A DNA stretch of 39,237 bases from Lottia gigantea (taxonomy: Eukaryota), in assembly GCF_000327385.1 (NCBI RefSeq), contig NW_008709540.1, positions 1 to 39,237 of the forward strand, written 5' to 3'. The position numbers and the translations under genes are program-made. The notes beneath the pieces were generated by a model. The model was not told the DNA's origin, ran no database searches, and saw only the letters and a list, made by a program, of their open reading frames with translations. Below, in pieces: positions 20,356 through 30,404 of this stretch (positions are counted from its first letter, which is position 1; each line of letters starts with the position of its first letter).

Positions 20356-21469
20356 ATTCTTCTTGTACTTCGACCTGCAAAAAAAAACAAACAAGAATAA
20401 TAACAAAATGTGGGAAGAGAACGGAATGAAAGGAACCTTTTCAAGAATAGAATACAAGCTGTTTTTGAAAAGATGAATGCAAGAAAGATGATTCAAAAAT
20501 GATTTTGACAAAATGAATCCTAGATAGTAAATTTATAGAAGTCAACGCCAACAACAAATGTTTTAAAACTAACACCCAATTTTACGCCAGCTGTATTTCA
20601 ATGACTTGGTTCATTTTGTGTCAGCCAGAACTAACTTTGAAAGATGCCGGACAAATCAGAAATTTCGCCCATAGATAAACTAATTATCAGCCAATTTGGA
20701 CAATTATTAGACAAATTCTAAATTTTTACCTGAGATGAAAGCTTTGTTTCTGCTACTGCACTACACACAGTGTGAGTGAACTTCATTCACCTTGCGGCCA
20801 GTCATAAACACTCTGATCATTAACCCGTGAACTTTCTTAAATACTTCCGCTCTTTAACCCTCTTCCTCATTCTGTCATTAGAAAACTTGTACGGCCTCGG
20901 GTAACTGGGCTGACTAGACGATATCAGTTTCACTGGGGTTGAATCATACTAACGCACCCTTATCATATTAAAGGTGGTGTGGGTGGATTTGGGGGCTGCT
21001 CTGGGGTCAAAATAAAAATAATTGTGTGAGGATTATGTCCTCCGGTTCTGTACCCTTATTGATCCAATGAAAGAATTAGGGATTTATGTCCTAATATTCT
21101 ACACCATATGAGTGAAGGCGTAAATTCGCTAATGTACTGTTCTACATATTTTTAGTATCGAAAGAAATTGAGCTTTGCGTCATATTGTGCCTCTATTTAA
21201 TCATTTTCAATATGAACCAAGAGTGGGATTTACTTATATTATGGATTATAAAATTCTATATATTTATACTAAACGAACTAATAAATTTGAAGAACATTTT
21301 CGGTGATGTCAAAATTATGGAATCATTTTTTAACAAAGTAATCGAAACCTTATCCTGTTATTTGTAAAAAAGAATTATCAATGATATTGACGTAACCAAA
21401 ATATTACTTCTGAACCCTATTGGGTAGATAAAATCAAATGGAACCAGTGCTATGCCCTTCTGTTATTTT

Positions 21470-21800
21470 GTGAGGTTCTAGCACAGTCGGTTAGAGCGTC
21501 GGTTCCTAACATGACGTCATTTGCTTGGTAACGTAAAGCAAATGTCGGCCGATCTTGATAGGCGAGTGAAAGTCTGGTTATTTTGAATGAGTCATCTTCA
21601 CTCATAATTCCAGTCGACCCAACTGTAAACGGATACGCATAATCCGGAAAAGATCAATGCTAAGAAGTTTGGCCAAGGACCAGCTGTTAGTAAAGATCCT
21701 TAACTGTGAATCTAAGTTGTTGCAGAAAAACCAAAGACAATGTAAAAATCAGCCACGATTGGGCAGCGATTGTCCAAATGTCTATCAAGGCAAAAGAAGA
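21470..21800 (+). mobile_element. SINE-like retroposon copy (tRNA-related head gaggttctagcacagtcggttagagcgtcggttcctaac; same core as 17445-17775)
   Basis: Head has box-A-like tagcacagtcgg and box-B-like ggttcc motifs. Core …caactgtaaacggatacgcataatccggaaaagatcaatgctaagaag…tttggccaaggaccagctg matches the other copies. Confidence 0.6.
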
Positions 21801-22899
21801 GTCAGAGAATTTTCTAACTGGTTGACATCTATCAAAAACTACGCTTAAAAGATTTAAATGTTGATTGGGCGGATATATTTCAATTGATGAGTCAATTAAG
21901 GATCAATCGGATGACGTCATCCGGATGTATTAGATAATTATTAATTACTATTTAATTAAGCAATTTGTTATTTTATGTACAATCCAACTACCAACTACTA
22001 CGACTACCAACTACTACCTAGTTTGCGATATCAGCATCCGCTGGAAGCGAACGTTAACTTGCCATCTACCAACCAACCTATTTATGTGCGATATCTTAGA
22101 ACCTACAAAACGAAATGCAACTTTTCACCTTAAACAATGTCTTCTACTGAAAGTTTTACTTTGTAACCTAAGCCCGTGATTCAGTGACAAGAGTCGTAAC
22201 ATCTCCATAAAAGCAAAATGAAGTGCACCAAGCAAATAATTTTTTTATTAGAAACGTGCCTTGGGAACGTAAAATGGTAGCACATGTCGCAGGTTGTAGA
22301 ATATCGAATTTCAACTTTTTCTTTTATTTTCTTCACGTTTGCCATCAAGTAGAATTTTAGTCGCCATAAAGATCGCAAATGAACTCAGTCTGGTGTTTTT
22401 CTAAAATCACTCTTAATCCAATTCATACAAAATAATCGATGAAAGAACAGTAAATATGGGAATTTGCACGGTTGTCGTGGTAGCGGTTCCAACATTGTAC
22501 ACTGCATGGGGAAGAAGGATTTAGTAGCCTGGTAAGGGGCTGACAATCCGGAGAACAAATACAAATTGAAATCAAGTGTATTTATTAAAACTAGAATATT
22601 CTACATGTGTTATAGAGTTTATTTATCTGGAATCATCAGGGTTATCTATCTCACGACTTTCATCTGGTTTCTCTGTAATATAAAGTTCAAAGGAGTATGG
22701 GTTTGGGTGATTTAACTCTCCCTATCATTGACCTTAAACTTCAACTACGAGACCCTGTATACCAGGACAGAGGCAGTTGCCTGTTTGTTTTCGATTTCTA
22801 ACTGTCGAGTGGTCCATGAAGACTCGGTCTTTCCTGAAACCTAAATATCGTATTAAGAGTATCATTTCGATATATGACTGCATCTAATACCTTGACATC

Positions 22900-23085
22900 A
22901 TTAGGCAATTTTCTTCTATCATGGAATGCAATAATTCGATTGGATTGTACGATATCGAATACAGCTAATCGATATCCTCGACTTACGGTCTGTAAACAAT
23001 AATCGTATACATTATTATTTTCTGTATACAAGCTGTATTTACTGGCGTACAATCAAGTCAAATCACTTCATTTACAAACTTCGGT
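22900..23085. mobile_element. MITE family 1 fragment (gcaataattcgattggattgtacgatatcgaatacagctaatcg … gtctgtaaacaataatcg)
   Basis: Shares the gattggattgtac…aatacagc(c/t)aatc…gtctgtaaacaataa(g/t)c core with 16296-16565, 26196-26485 and 35100-35215. Confidence 0.45.
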
Positions 23086-23168
23086 CATACAAAAAAAGTG
23101 CCCTAGTGTCAAGGCATAAGATGCAGTAATAGTTTGACATAATGAAGATGCTCCACCATAGTTATCAA

Positions 23169-25102
23169 TTAAAGTAGAGCTACTAACCAACATTTTAGGA
23201 AGTCGTGGAAGAAATCTCGACCCCTCTGTAGAACTCTCTGTATATATTCACCAGTTATAGAACCACATTCTTCGGATGTTACTGCTATAGCACATTCAGA
23301 TAGTTCATCTAGATCTCTACAATTACATTTAAACTTTACAATAATACTTCAGATTTCAGAGCTACAAGAATGGACCCTGTAAAGATCCACAGACAGTTAA
23401 AATCGACAAATAGAGAGCTTATGCCACCGTTCTAGTAAATTACTCTTATTGCACACTGCCCTGGCAACATTTTCCCCGCCACCATCATTTACAGAAAAAT
23501 ATAAATAGGACGCAAAACACCATACGTTCAATGAACGTGTTACCCAGTACGGACTGTAAGAACGGAATCAATCATACTAACATACTATGGAGGCAGATTT
23601 AAAGTTGTAAATTGTTTCATGTTATGTATTGTAATTGATATCATTTAGTGTAGAAGATAAATATTGTTTAAAACATACTTACGAACATGTTGCGTCAGGG
23701 GCTAGATTGTGACAAACACCCATACGATACTGCCAGTAGGAATTAGACCAACAATCATAATGAGCTAAAAACTCTGAAAAAACAACGTGATTTGTCGAAA
23801 CGTTGTGAACTATGAAACCCAGAAGCAGTATGCCAAATAACAACAATGTACTTTTTTAAACGTTGTGCGCCATTAAACCAAGGAGTAGTATACAATATAA
23901 ACTGATGATGACAATGTAAATTGTTGAAGCGTTGTCTACAATAAAAACCAGAAGTAATATACACATTGTAGAAACGTTATACTTGGGTTATCTTTAACAT
24001 CTGAAATAAACTGTCTACGAATTATTCTTACCTTTATATCCGTCATGACAAATGTACTGTAAAAGAGCTTGAAATGTTCCGGCTGATGCATAAACCTCGG
24101 TACCATCACATTGATCTCTGAGGTTGTTTATACATGGAATAGCGTCGTTAGAAATACTACAAACACACAAATAGATTATTAAAAAAGGTAAGAGGTGATG
24201 GTGGGGCTGTGAGTACCTGTCACAAATCTGACATCATTTGACATGGGGCCCTGGAAAGATACCAGGGTTTATTGTGTTCTAGGCGAGGGTAATTAATATA
24301 CTCTTCAAAACGCTTCTAAAATAAAACTATGTATTATAACCAAAGCAATTGTCTTATTACAATAAAAGGGGTTAATAACAGTAATTCAAGGCCTGTCCAT
24401 ATCTCCAGTACAATTAGTAATGTAATAATTGTGAAGCCAATTTAAATAAAAGTCTCTTACCTACAAATTATTTGGAATTTTTTATGTAGAGGATCAATAT
24501 CTGCAGGGAATAATGGAGGCCGAGTGTGCTCAATATAATCTGTACAATTCCGTACTGGACAATTCACCCCGTTCTCGTCTCTTTTAAATACTCCAAAAAC
24601 ACTGGCTTCTGTCAAATATATAAAGTTGATTGTATGCGATCTTATTGAACGACCTGTGGAGTGGCATCACACGATATGATTCGAGTTTCGGTTCCAAAGT
24701 AGGCCGTCGTCACGTCCGGGGCTTAATTAACATACTAACGGAGAGTTAAAACGCCACAAGATAGTAAATAACTGTAAATAGTCCTAAAATTGACAAAAGT
24801 TGGTTTTAGCTAATGAGCTACATAAATAATTGACATAACAAAGGCACGTGGACCATTGTTTGAGTAACAATATTCCCCTCTAAACCGACATCTGACCGGT
24901 TTACTGGAGTTAATTCTATCGATATAAGGAAATATATATAAAGAAACGATTTCATTCTTTATGTGATCCAAATCGGCGAACATGTCATAAAAACTGCATA
25001 TATAATAATATGAACTGATCTATATGTAAAACCATAAAACTTACCCATTGTCGTCACCAAACATAAAACTGAAAAAAACAGGGAAATACTGTGACTAAAC
25101 AT
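23169..25102 (-). CDS. Five-exon gene encoding a secreted Cys-rich protein, 186 aa (MFSHSISLFFSVLCLVTTMG|EASVFGVFKRDENGVNCPVRNCTDYIEHTRPPLFPADIDPLHKKFQIICR|SISNDAIPCINNLRDQCDGTEVYASAGTFQALLQYICHDGYK|AHYDCWSNSYWQYRMGVCHNLAPDATC|SDLDELSECAIAVTSEECGSITGEYIQRVLQRGRDFFHDFLKCWLVALL*)
   Basis: Exons on the minus strand: 25045-25102 (ATG, donor gtaagt), 24461-24608 (acceptor tttgacag, donor gtaaga), 24032-24156 (acceptor ttgtag, donor gtaaga), 23683-23764 (acceptor tttttag, donor gtaagt), 23169-23316 (acceptor aattgtag, stop TAA). Exon lengths are 58/148/125/82/148 nt. Phases are mutually consistent (1,2,1,2) and no alternative frame is open. Family not recognised. Confidence 0.6.
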
Positions 25103-26195
25103 CTTGAAGATGGCGGTGATTCACTGCTGGCTGGTCAAGTACTCGGGTTTCTCGAGATACTCGGTGGGGTTCGTTTGCTGTTATGGTACAAGGTTCCTAC
25201 ACGGTAAATGATCCCTTAACGCTGATTCTTGTTGTGCTGAATCTAGTAAGGTATAGAAGCTGGATCTCTTCAGGTTAACGGTGTCGTCTTATGATTACCT
25301 TGGATTTCTACTAACAAGGCACTGACGGTTAAGGAATATGTTCTTCACGTTGAAGTATCAAGAGTTAATTGCCTTGAAGTCCACCACTGGATCCGATGAG
25401 TGCGTGACGGTACGCGATCTACAGAATATGTTTATATAAGATCTGATGTCGGTAGAGTTTTATACACTGTACACCAATTATATAACCACCAACAAAAGGT
25501 TAGATTCGAATCTTCATGAAGGCTTATCACAGACGTCATATTGGGCCTCTTCCTCCGTTGTTTTTTCTCATTCAAAGTTCACCTCAAATTACTTCCGATA
25601 AAGAGAGTCTTCTGGTACGTAACGATGGTACAGTACAGTACGAACATACGACAGGAATCTGGATAGTTCTGCTAGTCAAGCTGGTGTCTTCTAGCAAATA
25701 CAGCCACTCTCAACTGAAAGACTAAAAAAAACTGTCGAACTGGACAAGATTTGTCGGCACTCCCTTCGTAAACATGGCCAAGAGTTGATGACTAGTTTGG
25801 CTTTACGTAGGGCATCATGGCATCATTAATGCGTCGGCCTTATTGAATCCAGAATGAGACTCATAACGCAAACCTTGGAAAGGTAACATTATGTCACTGC
25901 ATAAAATCGCCACCATGACGTCTTTAAAGCCTCCTTCTCCAATCCCACTAAGTCGAAACTGATCATGTTTTACATCATTAATATTGGAATTGATTAAGCT
26001 ATTTAATTAGATGAAGTTTACCTTCACACATTTCCAAGAAATTTTCTTGTTGTTTAGCAAGTGTTTAATGACGTCAAATTGACTAAGGTTTATTGTTAAC
26101 CCAGACCGGCATCTAGGGTCTTTTCATGAGAGATCCTCACAGTGTGTACATGATTTGACTCTTTACAAGTTTCATCTCGTTAACACCTTAATACA

Positions 26196-26485
26196 ACCAT
26201 CTTTACAATGTCAAGCTATTGCGAATTACGTTTAATACCTTGAATGCAATAGCCACATATTTTGGTAACACAATACAGAAAATACGGCGATTTGATTGGA
26301 TTGTACGCTGGCGAATACAGCCAATCATAGCCCCTGATAACCCGTGCAGGCAAATTGTTTAGTGTCTTTGGCTCTGATTGGTTGGCTGTATACGTTAATG
26401 TACAATCCAATCAAATAGTTGCATTTCAACGATTTTCTGTGATACAAGAAAGGTAGTAACTGCAGTGAAGGTATTACAAATGAAT
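26196..26485. mobile_element. MITE family 1 copy with internal palindrome (cgatttgattggattgtacgctggcgaatacagccaatcatag … ctctgattggttggctgtatacgttaatgtacaatccaatcaaat)
   Basis: Starts with ctttacaatgtcaagctattgcgaattacg (same terminal motif as 16305). Two halves are reverse complements of each other around about 26340. Confidence 0.55.
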
Positions 26486-26665
26486 GGGAACACAGTCTGT
26501 CTGGTGTCGAATCTCTAATGGTAACATACAAACTATGATATGACTGATTAATAAGAAATTCATTTCATTTCATTTTAACTGCGTGTTATAAATTATAAAT
26601 ATTAAATAACGGAACACAATTTTATGGTAACCTACTACTTAGTTTTATTACACACGACGTTTCAA

Positions 26666-27087
26666 CAATTTACATTGTCATCTTCAGGTGAAGTGAGGAA
26701 ATATTGTAGCTAGGTAGGTAGATGACAAGTTAACGTTCGCTTCTTTTTTTTTTTTTTTTTTTATTGCACTCAGATACGGTGTCAGTGTCGGGATCTCATA
26801 TATATATATAGGCCAGACACCAAGTACGCTTTCTCCACTGAAGATGTGTTTTTTTCTAGCGGCTACTCGGCTTCGCCAACTAGAGTGTTAGGGGCTTTTG
26901 AAGTTTGCGTTCTTATGAATGGCTAGAAGGATCAAAGGGGGATTAGTGACCCTAACTCTAGACACAAGACTGTTACCTGTTATTGTTAGTAAGTTATATC
27001 AAGGGTGAGTTTTTTTTTTTAAAAGAAAGGTAGGTATAGAAAACAATTTACATTGTCATCTTCAGGTGAATTGAGGAAATATGGTAC
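26666..27087. repeat. Pair of about 45-bp direct repeats (caatttacattgtcatcttcaggtgaagtgaggaaatattgtagc) bracketing an about 330-bp insert with terminal T19 and T12 runs
   Basis: Copies at 26666-26710 and 27044-27087. Poly(T) at about 26744-26762 and 27010-27021. The flanking gaagcgaacgttaacttg(c/t)catctacc motif also occurs at 22046-22075 in opposite orientation. Confidence 0.6.
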
Positions 27088-27764
27088 AAGAAGGTATATA
27101 TGTACACAAAAATATGATTGAAGTGACAGTAAACACCAGGGTGACAATAAGCAACTAAAGTGGGGGATTATCTTGGTTGATTATGATGACTAATAATAAT
27201 AAAACTAAGGAGTAGTATACCATAAAAGTGTCTTCCGTTATTTAATGTGATCTCTACCCCTAAATGTCGCTAAGGATTAAAGTATAAATGAACTGAGTTG
27301 AACTATGGTCGGTTGAAATCTAAATGTCAAACTGAAATCTCCACCGAGTCACAGTGGTCCGTTATTTAATAATATTCTTAATTTACAATAGTAAAATAAT
27401 AGTTAAATCATAGCAAGTAACATTCTAATGGTTGAGAAGTGGACGGAGTGGTTTTCATATAATTATCCACAGGTCTTGGAATAGCAATCAGCTGCAATGT
27501 AGAAATGTAGATCAGAGATATTTTAAACTCCAATAAACATAATATTCTACAATAGAATAAAATTCTCAATGAAATCACTAACGACTATCATGAAATCGTT
27601 CTGAAAAACACTTTGTTTAATATGTCGCCATATAAAGATTACATGACAGTGGCTATAATACTATAGAGACTGGTTGAACCAAGGTGAAACCCAAAGGGAG
27701 GCTCTACCCCACGACTAAAAATACAAAATAAAAAAATGGCCTAAAGTATACACATGTAAACCAA

Positions 27765-27887
27765 CTAAAGCCCCGGTCCCACTGAGCATTTAGAAATCTG
27801 CGATGGTCTTGCGATTGTGCACTTTTGTCTTTTTCTATCGCCAGTGTTCGCAAACCATCGCAAAGCCAAGTGGGGCTGGGGCTTAAG
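27765..27887. repeat. Nested imperfect inverted repeat / long hairpin (outer arms ctaaagccccggtcccac … gtggggctggggcttaag; inner arms tgcgatggtcttgcga … ttcgcaaaccatcgca)
   Basis: Reverse-complement comparison by eye: outer arm about 16/18, inner arm about 14/16 matches, loop about 25 nt. Confidence 0.65.
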
Positions 27888-28591
27888 CAACCAGTAATAT
27901 ATATACATGAGTGAAATAGCATTAACTACAGACTGAAGGACTTTAAAATCTCCCATTAACAGACATTACATTGATTTACAGATGGGTCTCAGAATGGAAG
28001 AGAGCGTTTGTTAAATAAAAAACGGAAGGGCCCCAACCTATATTAGTCCACGGCCTCCCTCTCATCTAGTTGAGTCACTGTGCATGATCTCCCATTAACA
28101 TAACAATCTATAAAAAATATAGACATTTTATTACATAACATTATTATATAAGTTAATTATATCACAATATATTTATATATACAGATATCACAGATAAAAA
28201 ATAATACCTACATTCATAACTTTACACTTAAATATAAATTATTTAGTAGGTCGGAAGGGATGAAGCGATTGGTCGTTCGAATTGGATAATCAACAGAAGG
28301 CCATGTGCCACAGGATGTGGACGTTAAATAGCCTTCGACAGTTGGAAATCGAAAGAGAAGGCTAATTAATGTCCTACCCTCATATTTCACTACATGGCGC
28401 CTAAACAGGTTCAGAAAAGTTTTTAGGACTTTTAATCTTCATTTTATTTAGTGCTCTATTTATACCAATAGTATTGTTTGTCAAGTACGAAAGTGATTTT
28501 CTAGTCTTTTTATTAGCTACAGGTATTAACTATCAGATCCAAACGTCCAGTTGTTCCCCATGGGCATAACGTAACTTTCACTTAATATACT

Positions 28592-28960
28592 TAAAGTGAC
28601 ACTACGTCTTAGAATGAACATAAAAGTTCTCAAGAATGGTCAATATGAGTATATATTCATCTGTTAGTTTACCTGGTGTCATAAAGTTACACAAGAATCC
28701 CTGTCAATTCTGGAAAATTGGAAAATTCATAAAACTAAGTATTGATTGAGAAACGCTTAATCATAATATTAAGCTTTTTTCATTAGTTAATTGCATTTTT
28801 ATGGATAATTACTAAGTTTTTTTGGATTTATCAGATTATATCAGGATCCTGTTATGTTATTTATGACACCAGGTATATCTACTGATGAATATATGCTATT
28901 ATTGGCCAAGTTTAAAATTCTTAAATTTTATGTTCATTCAAAGACGTAGTATCCCTTTAA
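28592..28960 (+). mobile_element. MITE-like element, family 2, with about 20-bp terminal inverted repeats (ttaaagtgacactacgtcttag … ctaagacgtagtatccctttaa → aagacgtagtatccctttaac)
   Basis: TIRs match 17/20. Internal sequence is homologous to 9405-9745. Confidence 0.6.
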
Positions 28961-29387
28961 CATTGAAATGGTGTTAACAGAAGCTACTTCGATGAACAAA
29001 ACTTAAAAGCTATCAATCTCCATGCGAGAGAAACAATACTATTGGATTCATTTCATGAATAATTTCAGCAAATATAACCTCAGACGTGTTTCACTAGAGT
29101 GACAAACTTCTCTGTGGCTCGGTAATTAATATTAGTGAACTCGTTTCACAAATAATGTTAACAAATATCTCAATATGGGTTGACAAAGCATCTTGTATCA
29201 CTATAACATTTTCTCGTTTCCTAAATATTTTTCACTATCACTATCACTACAGGCTCGGCAAGTATCAGCATTGGACTCGTTTCATGTATAATGCATATAT
29301 ATTTCACTATGGATAGATCAGCGTTTGGACAGGTTTGATTAATGATATTTTTAAATAGTTTATAATAGCCTAACTAATAACATGATG

Positions 29388-30404
29388 TCAAGGATGAAAT
29401 AAATCCCTGATCATATCAACTCGTCCATCCGACTCGATATAACCACGTCGTAGATTTCTCTCCGTATAGCGAGTCGGAGATCTGTAGCGTACACGCCGTG
29501 GACTCGGAGCTAGTCGTGTTGTTCGGACATAGTTGGCATACATCCGAGGTGGTTGTGGCGTTAGAGGTACTTCTTCTACGACTAATGGCGACGGACTCCG
29601 ACGTACCACAACGCGTTCTCTGATCGGAGCAAGTGGTAAAGGCGGAGACGGACTTAGTCGCATCACTGGAGAGGAACTACGGTACACTCGATGATAATTG
29701 GACGCTCTAGACAAATTGACAGATCCAAAAGTTTCACTGAGTCCAGTCAGGGGACGAGGAAATCCAATACCCCGACGCACTGGCATGGGCAGATGATGAA
29801 AACGCGGTCGGATTACTGGAGGTAATTGTTCTACGGACACACCGTTACGAATGATCGGCGTTGCGTACAGATGATAACGTCCATCATTGACAACGATTTT
29901 CACATCCGTCCTTGGATACACACCGTACGTTTCACGCAACTCTGACCGTAGATTAACTGGTAGCGTGTCAAACTGCCCGATGTATTCGTTCGTTGGAATG
30001 AAATCCCCGTAGACCAGTGTTCCGTCAATGGTATACGACCCGCCTTGGAGCACAGCTGGAGAGCTTTCAATCCGTACTTGGCTGGCCGCAGCAATCGGAG
30101 GCAGGACTGGCATGGATTTATAGGGTGGAGGATATTTTCCGACCATCGAGTGATAAACGTTTGGTGCGTACGGTGGTGGGTTATAGTGTCCTATAACAGG
30201 CTGACTGTCAAAACCTACAGCATCTGCTACTGGGGTGGAGTAGTAGTCTCCGAACGGTAACATACCCTCATGGTGGTAGGTCATCTGGGAGGCAGTGACG
30301 GGATCTAAGGGTGTTACATACGATGCAGCCCCACCCACGCCTTCCCCATAATGCTGTTGATAAACCGGTTGAAGTTCAGGCGGGAGGAGAGAATTGTAGG
30401 CCAT
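29388..30404 (-). CDS. Single-exon ORF, 338 aa, Pro/Tyr/Arg-rich protein with two PPPY (WW-binding type) motifs; function unknown
   Basis: Long ORF in a locally GC-rich (about 50%) island within 65% AT surroundings. Start in aaaATGG context. Non-repetitive sequence. No recognisable domain. Confidence 0.5.
   Translation of the reverse strand: MAYNSLLPPELQPVYQQHYGEGVGGAASYVTPLDPVTASQMTYHHEGMLPFGDYYSTPVADAVGFDSQPVIGHYNPPPYAPNVYHSMVGKYPPPYKSMPVLPPIAAASQVRIESSPAVLQGGSYTIDGTLVYGDFIPTNEYIGQFDTLPVNLRSELRETYGVYPRTDVKIVVNDGRYHLYATPIIRNGVSVEQLPPVIRPRFHHLPMPVRRGIGFPRPLTGLSETFGSVNLSRASNYHRVYRSSSPVMRLSPSPPLPLAPIRERVVVRRSPSPLVVEEVPLTPQPPRMYANYVRTTRLAPSPRRVRYRSPTRYTERNLRRGYIESDGRVDMIRDLFHP

Noticed and set aside
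20153-20476. ORFs 20153-20380(-) and 20234-20476(+)
   Set aside because: Alternative-frame or antisense overlaps of the 19834-20355 secreted-protein gene.
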